From the NCBI GenBank assembly GCA_017519045.1, contig JAFWTC010000082.1:14178-46177 (forward strand): DNA of 32,000 bases, read 5' to 3'. The stretch comes from Candidatus Methanomethylophilaceae archaeon (GTDB lineage Archaea; Thermoplasmatota; Thermoplasmata; Methanomassiliicoccales; Methanomethylophilaceae). The notes below the pieces were generated by a model. The model was given only the letters and a program-made list of their open reading frames with translations, was not told the origin of the DNA and ran no database searches. Below, one piece after another: positions 24,768-32,000 of the stretch. Position 1 is the first letter of the stretch, and each line of letters begins with the position of its first letter. The position numbers and the translations under genes were made by a program.

Positions 24768-25280
24768 TCAGAGAAGGGACTTGGCCTCTTCCGCGGACAT
24801 GTCCAACGCCTTGAGCATGTAGCTGAGGGCCTTCTTGCCGAACGGGGCGCGGGCCTTCGGGTCCTCCATGATCTCCCCGTAGGCGGCCATGGCGGTGTTG
24901 TAGTACTCGATGGCGAACTCGCTGTACAGCGACGCGGACATGGACTCGTCGATCTCCGCGGCCTCGCAGTACGCCTTCTCCGCCTCGTCGAACTTATTGA
25001 CGGAGATGCAGAACTGCCCGTACGACTGGTAATAATCCACGCGGGAGGGGTCGAGCTCGATGGCCTTGTTGTACGCCTCGGCTATCTCCTCGACCGAGAT
25101 CTTGGCCCCGGCCATCCCGGAGGCGAAGTTGCCGCTCTCGGCCTTGCAGTACCAGACCTCGGCGTTGTCGGGGAACTCGGCCGTCAGCTTCTTGAATGCG
25201 GTGTGAGCCTTCTTGAAATCCCCTTCGTCCATCGCCTTCATCGCGGCGGCGATCTTCTTCTCGGGCGTTGCCTCTGCCAT
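24768..25280 (-). CDS. Tetratricopeptide-repeat (TPR) protein
   Basis: Repeated A/Y/F-spaced helical motifs (AEVWYCKAE..., AYNKAIELDPSRVDYYQSYGQF..., EAEKAYCEAAEID). Confidence 0.75.
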   Translation of the reverse strand: MAEATPEKKIAAAMKAMDEGDFKKAHTAFKKLTAEFPDNAEVWYCKAESGNFASGMAGAKISVEEIAEAYNKAIELDPSRVDYYQSYGQFCISVNKFDEAEKAYCEAAEIDESMSASLYSEFAIEYYNTAMAAYGEIMEDPKARAPFGKKALSYMLKALDMSAEEAKSLL

Positions 25281-25302
25281 GGCACCGTGTACTCAGAGTC
25301 AC

Positions 25303-25333
25303 ATAAAAAACAATTCGACAAAACCTTATAAAG
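25303..25333. promoter_or_regulatory. Back-to-back TATA elements for the divergent TPR and DUF2284 genes
   Basis: TTATAAAG (25326-25333) lies ~26 nt before ATG 25355. TTTTTTATG (minus strand, 25303-25311) lies ~27 nt before ATG 25280. Confidence 0.45.
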
Positions 25334-25354
25334 CGTAAACCGGGATTTGAACGC

Positions 25355-25903
25355 ATGAGGGACTGGAAGGAGATAGCGGCGTCCGTCCTGCCGCCGGAAT
25401 TCGAATTGGATGAATGGAATTTTCCAGAATACAGCGAAGAAGCGCTGATCAAATGCAGGAACCTCTGCAAGGAGAACGTCTGCGGGACCTACGGATGCAG
25501 CTGGTCCTGCCCCCCGGGGTTCTCCTCCGACCTGCAGGAGCTGTCCGAGAAGTACGGGAAGGTGGCCGTCATCAAGAGGAGGTTCGAGGTCGACCTGTCG
25601 GACTCCGAGAGGCTGGACGGGCTGGCGGGAGAGCTCCAGTCCAGCGTCAGGGACCTGGTCCTCGCCATGAGGAGAGAGGGATACGAGTGCCTCGGATTCG
25701 CCGACGGCGCCTGCCGCTACTGCGGAAAATGCGCCTATCCGGACCCGTGCAGGTTCCCGGAGATGCTGGTTCCGTCGATCTCCGCCGCCGGGGTGGACAT
25801 GACTGCGTTCGCCAAGGCCAACGGGAAGGAGTTCAAGTTCGAGAAGGACGCCGTCACCGTGTACGGCCTCATAATGATGCGATTCCGACATAGTTTATTA
25901 TGA
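25355..25903 (+). CDS. DUF2284-type predicted metal-binding (Cys-rich) protein
   Basis: CRNLCKENVCGTYGCSWSCPP and CRYCGKCAYPDPCRFP motifs are characteristic of COG5423/DUF2284. Confidence 0.7.
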   Translation: MRDWKEIAASVLPPEFELDEWNFPEYSEEALIKCRNLCKENVCGTYGCSWSCPPGFSSDLQELSEKYGKVAVIKRRFEVDLSDSERLDGLAGELQSSVRDLVLAMRREGYECLGFADGACRYCGKCAYPDPCRFPEMLVPSISAAGVDMTAFAKANGKEFKFEKDAVTVYGLIMMRFRHSLL

Positions 25904-25934
25904 GTGTTCCCGTTAGACCCGACAGGTCTGACGC

Positions 25935-26207
25935 ATGGACAGAGCAACCGTGGAAAGGGTCGCGCGCGCGGCGCACATAAAACTCACAGAGGACGAGCTG
26001 AGACGCTACAGCGACGACCTCAACGACATCCTGACTTACTTCGAGCTTCTTGACGAGGCCCCCGAGTGCGATGCATCCGGGGTGAATCCCGTCGAGGTCG
26101 CGGATGTCCTGAGGGACGACGAGCCGCACATGGACATCGACCCCGACCTGCTGCTCAGGGACATGGACACCTACGAGAGATACATCAGGGGGCCCAGGCT
26201 GTCATGA
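25935..26207 (+). CDS. gatC: Asp-tRNA(Asn)/Glu-tRNA(Gln) amidotransferase subunit C
   Basis: VERVARAAHIKLTEDELRRYSDDLNDILTYFELLDE, 90 aa. The stop overlaps the gatA start as ATGA. Confidence 0.9.
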   Translation: MDRATVERVARAAHIKLTEDELRRYSDDLNDILTYFELLDEAPECDASGVNPVEVADVLRDDEPHMDIDPDLLLRDMDTYERYIRGPRLS

Positions 26208-27532
26208 CCATGAGGGACGTCCTTTCCGGCCTGAAGGAGACGAACGCCAGATACTCCATGTTCCATTCCATGACCGATGACGTCGACCCGGGGGACGCGA
26301 AGTTCCTGTTCTCCGCCAAGGACAACCTGACGTCCAAGGACATGGAGACCTGCGCCGGATCGAAGATACTGATAGGGTACAGGCCGGCCTTCGACGCCGC
26401 TGCCATCTCCAAGATGAGGGATGCCGGCGGGAAGCTCATCGGCAAGTGCAACATGGACGAGTTCGGGTTCGGGACTTTCTCCTACAACTCGGGACTGGAG
26501 ATCCCGAGGAACCCCTACGACCTGGAGAGGGCGTGCGGAGGGTCCTCCGGAGGGTCCGCCTGCGCGGCGGCGGTCTTCGAGGGGCACGTCTCCCTGGGAG
26601 TCTCCACCGGGGGCTCCATCTGCTGTCCGGCCTCGTTCTGCGGGGTCTACGGGATAGCGCCCACCTACGGACGCGTCTCCAGGTACGGGCTGATCGACTA
26701 CGGGAACTCCCTGGACAAGATAGGGATCATATCGGCGGACGCAGGGGACCTGAGGAGGTACATCCGCGTCATAGCCGGGAAGGACCCCAGGGATCCGACC
26801 TCCTGCGTCCAGCCCGAGCTCAGGGACGAGGGCAGGAAGATGAGGTCCGTGGCTGTCCCCAAGGAGGGGATCGAGGGCCTTTCCAAAGAGGTCGAAGCCG
26901 CGTTCAAGGAGTCTCTGGAATCCCTGAAGGGGATGGGCCTGGACGTCGAGTACGTGGAGATGCCCTCCCTGAAGTACGCCATGCCCGCCTACTACGTCCT
27001 GGCCACGTCCGAGGCCTCCACCAACCTCGCCAGATACGTGGGCATGAGGTACGGCCAGCAGGAGGGGGACCACTCGCTCAAGTTCGACGACTACTTCAGC
27101 TCCTTCCGCTCGGAGTACTTCGGGGACGAGGCCAAGCGCAGGATCCTCCTCGGAACCTACACGCGCATGGCCGGGTTCAGGGACAGGTACTACGCCAAGG
27201 CGCTGAAGGTCAGGCAGGTGGTCATCAGGGACTACAAGAGGGTCCTGGCGGACCACGACGCCGTGCTGGCCCCGACCATGCCGTTCACCGCCCCCAGGTT
27301 CGACGACATCTCGAAGATGTCCGCGCTGGACTCCTACAAGGCCGATTACCTGACGGTTCCGGCCAACATCGCCGGGACCCCGCACATGTCAGCGCCCTGC
27401 GGATACGACAGCAACGGGATGCCGATCGGGATGCAGTTCGTCGCAGACCACTGGAACGAGGAGGTCCTGTTCGACATCGCGGAGAGATGGCAGCGCTCGT
27501 TCGAGGCCAGAAGGCCGGAGGTGAAGGCATGA
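26204..27532 (+). CDS. gatA: Amidotransferase subunit A (amidase signature family)
   Basis: Has the amidase signature GGSSGGSA. The ATG was mapped to 26204. The 488-aa track ORF is N-extended. Confidence 0.92.
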   Translation: MTMRDVLSGLKETNARYSMFHSMTDDVDPGDAKFLFSAKDNLTSKDMETCAGSKILIGYRPAFDAAAISKMRDAGGKLIGKCNMDEFGFGTFSYNSGLEIPRNPYDLERACGGSSGGSACAAAVFEGHVSLGVSTGGSICCPASFCGVYGIAPTYGRVSRYGLIDYGNSLDKIGIISADAGDLRRYIRVIAGKDPRDPTSCVQPELRDEGRKMRSVAVPKEGIEGLSKEVEAAFKESLESLKGMGLDVEYVEMPSLKYAMPAYYVLATSEASTNLARYVGMRYGQQEGDHSLKFDDYFSSFRSEYFGDEAKRRILLGTYTRMAGFRDRYYAKALKVRQVVIRDYKRVLADHDAVLAPTMPFTAPRFDDISKMSALDSYKADYLTVPANIAGTPHMSAPCGYDSNGMPIGMQFVADHWNEEVLFDIAERWQRSFEARRPEVKA

Positions 27533-28881
27533 AGATCGGACTGGAGATACACGTGCAGCTCCCGACCAGGTCGAAGATGTTCTGCTCCTGCCCCACCACG
27601 GATGCGCCCGCGCCCAACACCCACGTCTGCCCCACGTGCCTGGGGATGCCGGGGTCCAGGCCGGTGCTGAACAGGAAGGTCCTCGAGTACGGGATAATGC
27701 TGGCGAAGATGCTCGGATGCAAGGTGGCCGACGTCACCTGGTTCTCCAGGAAGACCTACTTCTACCCGGACATGTCCAAGAGCGTCCAGATCACCCAGTA
27801 CGACAACCCGATCGGAGAGGGCGGGGTCTACTACCTCGGCAAGAAGCCCATCCGCATCACCCGCATCCACGTCGAGGAGGATCCCGGGAAGACCAAGAGG
27901 GTCGGGGACCTGTCGTCGCTGATAGACTACAACAGGTCCGGGATACCCCTGGCCGAGATTGTCACCGAGCCTGACCTGTCAACGCCCGCGGAGGCGAGGG
28001 AGTTCCTGGGACAGCTGATAGAGGACATCAGGCACGTCATAGACCTTCCCGGGGACGGGGAGAGGAGCATCCGCTGCGACTGCAACATATCGGTCGGGAA
28101 GGAGAGGTGCGAGGTCAAGAACGTCACCGGACTGAAGAACGTGGAGAGGGCGCTGACCTTCGAGGTCGTCAGGCAGACCAAGATCCTGAAGGCCGGAGGG
28201 AAGATCGACAGGGAGACCCGCAGGTTCGACGAGGAGCGCGGCGTGACGATATCCGTGAGGAAGAAGGAGTTCGAGGCCGACTACGGATACATAGACGAGC
28301 CCGACCTCGGGATATACCACATCAAGGAGATGGCCGACTCCATCAAGATCAAGGAAAGCCCCCAGAAGATGGCTGCTAGGATCTCCGCCGAGTACGGCAT
28401 CGACCAGAAGATGGCCAAGCAGCTCGTGTCCGCGTCCGTAGGGCTCGCGGAGACCTTCGAGGCCGTCGCCAAGGAGTCCGGAGTGCAGAACGCGGTCAAA
28501 TGGGTGGCCGGTCCGGTGAGCGCCGGATGGAAGGCCATGGAGGCCCGCGGAGGGACCCCGGACGAGGCCGTCGGAATCATCAGGAGGTTCGCCGCCGGGG
28601 AGATCACGGACACCGAGTGCGCCATGGAGATCAGATGCGCCATGACCGGGGAGTCCGCGGAGGCCGCCGCCGGAGCGTCCCAGGACCTGGAGAGGATCGT
28701 CTCCGAATATCTGGACCAGAACCCCGAGATCGTATCCGACTACGCCAAGAACGAGAAGGCCGCCAACAAGGCCATCGGATTCGTGATGAGGAACAGCGGC
28801 GGGAAGCACTCGTCCGCCGAGGTCGTGGAGGCCGTCAAGCGCCTCATAGAGTCCAGAATGCGATCGCATGGAGTTCGATGA
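27529..28881 (+). CDS. gatB: Amidotransferase subunit B
   Basis: MKIGLEIHVQLPTRSKMFCSC..., RIHVEEDPGK, and a C-terminal GatB/YqeY domain. The ATG at 27529 overlaps the gatA stop (ATGA). Confidence 0.92.
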   Translation: MKIGLEIHVQLPTRSKMFCSCPTTDAPAPNTHVCPTCLGMPGSRPVLNRKVLEYGIMLAKMLGCKVADVTWFSRKTYFYPDMSKSVQITQYDNPIGEGGVYYLGKKPIRITRIHVEEDPGKTKRVGDLSSLIDYNRSGIPLAEIVTEPDLSTPAEAREFLGQLIEDIRHVIDLPGDGERSIRCDCNISVGKERCEVKNVTGLKNVERALTFEVVRQTKILKAGGKIDRETRRFDEERGVTISVRKKEFEADYGYIDEPDLGIYHIKEMADSIKIKESPQKMAARISAEYGIDQKMAKQLVSASVGLAETFEAVAKESGVQNAVKWVAGPVSAGWKAMEARGGTPDEAVGIIRRFAAGEITDTECAMEIRCAMTGESAEAAAGASQDLERIVSEYLDQNPEIVSDYAKNEKAANKAIGFVMRNSGGKHSSAEVVEAVKRLIESRMRSHGVR

Positions 28882-29380
28882 AGTAGTCAAGAAGAGGTAT
28901 TCCGTCAGGAAGTACGACCCGAGGCCGGTGGAGGACTGGAAGATAGAGAGGATCCTGGAGGCTGGCAGACTAGCCCCCACCGGCAAGAACTCCCAGTGCC
29001 AGAGGGTCTACGTCCTGAGGTCGCCCGAGGCCTTGGATAAGATCAGGGCGAACTGCTCCATGACCTTCGACGCCCCGCTGGTGTTGCTGGTCTTCGCCAA
29101 GAAGGACGAGGCCTGGGTCAGCCGCTTCACCAGCAGGAACATAGCGGAGACGGACACGTCCATCGTCACCGACCACATGATGCTGGCGGCCGTCAACCTC
29201 GGCCTGGGGACGTGCTGGGTCGGATATTTCGACCCCGTCCCGATATGCGACTCGCTTGGGATTCCAAACGGCCTGACCCTGATGCACGTCCTTCCCGTGG
29301 GATATCCCGCGGAGGACAGCGAGCCCTATCCGATGCATTTCGAAAGGAAGGACCTGTCGGAGACCGTGACGTTCCTGTGA
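28868..29380 (+). CDS. Nitroreductase-family protein
   Basis: KKRYSVRKYDPRPVEDWKIERILEAGRLAPTGKNSQ...LGLGTCWVG. GC3 bias is strong. It overlaps the gatB end by 14 nt. Confidence 0.8.
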   Translation: MEFDEVVKKRYSVRKYDPRPVEDWKIERILEAGRLAPTGKNSQCQRVYVLRSPEALDKIRANCSMTFDAPLVLLVFAKKDEAWVSRFTSRNIAETDTSIVTDHMMLAAVNLGLGTCWVGYFDPVPICDSLGIPNGLTLMHVLPVGYPAEDSEPYPMHFERKDLSETVTFL

Positions 29381-30232
29381 TCGGCTCTGAAGGAACCCTT
29401 TGCAGCGGGCATAGAGGTCGTCGGTGGGCTGGAGGCTGGCCCAGCCTTCGGGCGCGTCCTTGATGTTGAGCCCGGTGCGCCTGGCCACGTCGACCGTCGC
29501 ACGATCGAACTCCTCGTGGTCGCCCAGGCCGGTGTCTATCTTGAGGATGTTCTGGTAGCCGCCCAGCGACAGCAGCCATCTGAGATAGCCGTCCCTTCCC
29601 TTCTCTATCCCCAGGGCCTCCCTCATCTCGTCCGTGAGGCTCTCCTCGGTAGCCGCCGAGTCGGCAGAATCGGCGTTCATGAAGTCGTCGAAATTGGTGG
29701 CCATCGCGGGAAACACGAATAGATGGGCCACGAACGCCTTCTGCATCTCGCCATATCTGGGTCCGCCTGCGATGTTCACCCCGACGCAGTCGTGGCACAG
29801 GCGGCCTTCGGCGTCGCGGAACGTCTCGGAGGGCTTGAAACCCCTGCCGTCGCTCCACGCGGGAATGTCCCACTCGTAGTTGCCGCAGGTGCCCAGGTAG
29901 AAGCCTATCGCGTCCACGAACGGCTGCATCTCCTCCGTGCGCTCCTCCACGGTGGATTTCAAAACATCCGGCCTGGCGTGAAGGCCGAGATCGGTGGTAA
30001 GGATCAGGATGTTGAACGCGTCCTCCACGGGCTCGTACCTCCAGCCGAGGACATCGTCCCATCCTATGACGTCGAACGGGATCCCGGCCAATCTGAGCTT
30101 CCGCCTGACCGAGACGTTGCTGGGATGATCCACCAGCGTTATGTGCTTCTCCTCGGGATCCTTGCAGAGGCTGTACAGCAGGTTGTCATCGAGCATCGGG
30201 CAGAGTATGACGCCCAGGACGCCTTTCGTCAT
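28970..30232 (-). CDS. DUF1638-like protein. The credible part spans ~29385-30232 (~282 aa). The ORF then continues 411 nt as antisense of the nitroreductase gene.
   Basis: The N-terminal 280 aa are protein-like (LGLHARPDVL...FYLGTCGNY...CHDCVGV resembles DUF1638 motifs, from memory). The last ~135 aa are R/G/H/V-rich shadow sequence. Confidence 0.5.
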   Translation of the reverse strand: MTKGVLGVILCPMLDDNLLYSLCKDPEEKHITLVDHPSNVSVRRKLRLAGIPFDVIGWDDVLGWRYEPVEDAFNILILTTDLGLHARPDVLKSTVEERTEEMQPFVDAIGFYLGTCGNYEWDIPAWSDGRGFKPSETFRDAEGRLCHDCVGVNIAGGPRYGEMQKAFVAHLFVFPAMATNFDDFMNADSADSAATEESLTDEMREALGIEKGRDGYLRWLLSLGGYQNILKIDTGLGDHEEFDRATVDVARRTGLNIKDAPEGWASLQPTDDLYARCKGFLQSRSQERHGLRQVLPFEMHRIGLAVLRGISHGKDVHQGQAVWNPKRVAYRDGVEISDPARPQAEVDGRQHHVVGDDGRVRLRYVPAGEAADPGLVLLGEDQQHQRGVEGHGAVRPDLIQGLGRPQDVDPLALGVLAGGG

Positions 30233-30255
30233 GTCGCGATGTAAGACGAAAGGCG
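30220..30255 (-). promoter_or_regulatory. Perfect 11-bp inverted repeat spanning the start codon of the DUF1638-like gene (operator or start-codon hairpin)
   Basis: CGCCTTTCGTC (30220-30230) and GACGAAAGGCG (30245-30255) are separated by 14 nt. The ATG (30232-30230) sits at the inner edge. The TATA-like GGTTATTACC (minus strand, 30255-30264) lies just upstream. Confidence 0.5.
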
Positions 30256-30277
30256 GTAATAACCTTTGGATGCTCTT

Positions 30278-30839
30278 TCAAAAGACCAGGCCGGAACGCG
30301 GACCGCTTCGCCTTCGGACCAGGCGGCGGACGTCCTCGACGGACATGCTTGTGGCCTCGGAGATGTCTTCGGCGGCCATGCCCATGGAGGCGAGCCTCCT
30401 GGCGACCTCTTCGTTCTGCAGCCTCCTGCCCTCAGCCATGCCTTCGGCCATGCCCTCCGCCGACATGCACGACGTAGGCCTCCCACCTGGGGATGGCCCC
30501 CTCCCTTGCGTCATACACTGTCATTCCGTTCTCGGAGAGGTATTCCTGGAACGTCGCGGCCAGATAGAAGAGCGTCCTCAGACGTATAGCCTCCATGGGA
30601 TAGCTCTGGGCCTCCATCAGACATATGATCCTGCCTCCGACCAAGAAACCGAGATCGTTGGCGTACCCCTTGGCTATGACGCGCCTGACGGTGCGTATCC
30701 TCACGTCCTCCTCCGAGGACTCGGAGTCTTCCGGATGAAGCTCCCGGTACAGCCTGAACACGTTCGCCCTGTCCTCGAAGAACTTGACGAACACCGAATC
30801 ATTCGCGTTGCGCCTGACGTCCCTCCATCCTTCGTCCAT
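30278..30839 (-). pseudogene. Rpn/YhgA-like PD-(D/E)XK nuclease ('putative transposase' family) remnant, split by a frameshift and lacking the usual middle region
   Basis: ORF 30432-30839 carries NDSVFVKFF..., DLGFLV...ICLMEAQSYPMEAIRLRTLFY and IPRWEAYVVHVG. ORF 30278-30514, in another frame, carries the family's C-terminal AEGMAEGMAEGRR...MGMAAEDISEATSMSVEDVRRL tail. Confidence 0.55.
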
Positions 30840-30920
30840 ACGTTTGCCCCGTCATGGGGACTGTGACGCTGAAGCCTTGAAAGGACGTCCGTGCACGCAC
30901 GCGACGGATGTAGACGATAT

Positions 30921-30947
30921 AAGAGAAAAATGAGGGGCCGGAGCCCC
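30921..30947 (-). terminator. Hairpin plus T-rich terminator after aspS
   Basis: On the minus strand, GGGGC-TCCG-GCCCC (30934-30947) is followed by TCATTTTTCTCTT, 7 nt after the stop at 30955. Confidence 0.5.
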
Positions 30948-30954
30948 GATGGTT

Positions 30955-32000
30955 TCATTCGACGTCGGAGTCCTCGATGTCGCCGATGTCCAGGTCTCCG
31001 GCCAGGGAGATTATCTGAAGCTCCTCGAGCTTCTCGTCGTCGACCTTCGACGGGGATCCGTCCAGGAGGGACACCGCCCTCTTGTTCTTGGGGAACGCTA
31101 TGACGTCGCGGATCGAGTCCTTGCCCAGGAGGATGGCGCACAGCCTGTCGACTCCGATGGCGATTCCTCCGTGGGGAGGCGCGCCGTAGCTGAGCATCTC
31201 GACGAAGTAGCCGAAGTTCCTCTCGATCCTCTCGTCGTCCAGGCCGAGCTTGTGGAACACCTGCCTCTGCATGTCGACGTTGTGGATACGCAGGGATCCG
31301 GACCCGAGCTCGTTCCCGTTGAGGCAAAGGTCGAAGCATGCGCCGCCGACCTTCTCGTCCATGGGATCCCCTTCGGGAAGAACGAACGGGTGGTGGAACG
31401 CGTCGCATTTCCCGGAGACGGGGTCTACCTCGTACATGGGGCACTGGTCCATCCAGAAGAACTGGAACTCGTCCTCGGGCACCAGGCCCAGGTCCTCCGC
31501 GATCTTCTTCCTGAGGAACCCTCCGCCCTCGTAGGCGGCCTTCCAGGGGCCGGCTATGATGAAGAGCAGGTCGCCCTCCTCCGCGCCCATGGTCTTCTTG
31601 ATGTTCTCGAGGATCTCGGGCGTGAAGTACTTCACGATGTTGCTCTCCAGCTTGCCGCCGACGCACCTCATCCAGGTGAGTCCGCCCAGGCCTACCTTCT
31701 TGGCGTAGCTGATGTACCTGTCCACGTCGTTCCTGCCGACCTTCTCTCCGGCAACGCCCGCCTTGAGGTTGATTCCGGCCACTATCCCGCCCTCGGCGAG
31801 GATATTCTGGAAGATCTTGTAGGGAGCGTCCCTCACCACGTCGGTGAGCTTGACGAACTCCAGCCCGTACCTCATGTCGGGCTTGTCGGACCCGAACCTC
31901 TCCATGGCGTCCCTGTACCCGATGTGCGGGAAGGGGGCCTTCAGATCCTTTCCGTAAAGGCCCTTCCACACGTAGGCCATCATGCCCTCCATGAGGTCCT
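30955..32000 (-). CDS. aspS: Aspartyl-tRNA synthetase, bacterial type with GAD insertion domain. The N-terminal part lies beyond the window.
   Basis: YRDAMERFGSDKPDMRYGLEF, a ~120-aa insertion, HHPFVLP, GSGSLRIHN, GAPPHGGIAIGVDRL and IRDVIAFPK align with my recollection of E. coli-type AspRS. The frame is open to nt 32000. Confidence 0.88.
   Translation of the reverse strand, partial: DLMEGMMAYVWKGLYGKDLKAPFPHIGYRDAMERFGSDKPDMRYGLEFVKLTDVVRDAPYKIFQNILAEGGIVAGINLKAGVAGEKVGRNDVDRYISYAKKVGLGGLTWMRCVGGKLESNIVKYFTPEILENIKKTMGAEEGDLLFIIAGPWKAAYEGGGFLRKKIAEDLGLVPEDEFQFFWMDQCPMYEVDPVSGKCDAFHHPFVLPEGDPMDEKVGGACFDLCLNGNELGSGSLRIHNVDMQRQVFHKLGLDDERIERNFGYFVEMLSYGAPPHGGIAIGVDRLCAILLGKDSIRDVIAFPKNKRAVSLLDGSPSKVDDEKLEELQIISLAGDLDIGDIEDSDVE

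Noticed and set aside
26171-28986. Minus-strand ORFs of 404 and 335 aa opposite gatA and gatB
   Set aside because: These are shadow frames of gatA and gatB.
2230-30947. The gene-end hairpins (2230-2254, 18913-18934, 24733-24752, 30934-30947) might be copies of one repeat element, since two share a CCGGCG/CGCCGG core
   Set aside because: They are too short and too divergent outside the GC core to call a repeat family. GC-rich palindromes are expected by chance in this composition. I annotated them individually as putative terminators.
30701-31969. 422-aa minus ORF overlapping aspS in another frame
   Set aside because: It is Arg/Gly/Pro-rich junk in an alternative frame of a clearly homologous AspRS.
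1-32000. CRISPR arrays, rRNA genes, intact IS elements, integrases, toxin-antitoxin pairs or defence-island gene sets
   Set aside because: None was seen. There are no spaced direct repeats, and the only mobile-element-like sequence is the degraded Rpn-like gene at 30278-30839.

Overview
This is an archaeal chromosomal window. It is visibly GC-rich (not computed) and may come from a Thermoplasmatota/Methanomassiliicoccales-like organism, but that placement is only an impression.

About half of the window (2488-18662, minus strand) is one long, tightly packed ribosomal-protein cluster: L3-L4-L23-L2-S19-L22-S3-L29-aSUI1-Rpp29-S17-L14-L24-S4e-L5-S14-S8-L6-L32e-L19e-L18-S5-L30-L15-SecY-DUF106-Cmk-Cbf5, followed by one unknown gene. 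Many junctions overlap as ATGA, GTGA or TGATG. GGTGAT-like Shine-Dalgarno motifs sit upstream of many starts.

The flanks carry:
- a 5'-truncated BspA-like leucine-rich-repeat surface protein with a duplicated C-terminal module;
- a RaSEA-like radical SAM gene coupled to a small unknown protein;
- a NADH-oxidase/CoADR-like flavoprotein co-transcribed with a clear homologue of the eukaryotic CDIN1/C15orf41 'TPD' PD-(D/E)XK nuclease;
- a FolE2/MptA-type GTP cyclohydrolase, RNase HII and an SCP2 protein;
- an initiator tRNA-Met, a TPR protein and a DUF2284 Cys-rich protein;
- gatCAB, a nitroreductase and a DUF1638-like gene;
- a frameshifted Rpn/YhgA-like nuclease remnant;
- the 3' two-thirds of a bacterial-type (GAD-insertion) aspartyl-tRNA synthetase.

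No CRISPR array, rRNA or intact mobile element was seen. I found no self-evident novel multi-gene system. The points most worth follow-up are:
- the archaeal CDIN1-like nuclease;
- two convergent gene pairs in which the minus-strand gene lacks its own stop codon and runs 264 and 411 nt into the codon-aligned antisense frame of its neighbour;
- an 11-bp perfect inverted repeat over the start of the DUF1638-like gene;
- the decayed Rpn-like gene;
- the bacterial-type AspRS near gatCAB;
- the LRR protein's tandem C-terminal modules.

Most other long ORFs in the six-frame track are GC-driven shadow frames.
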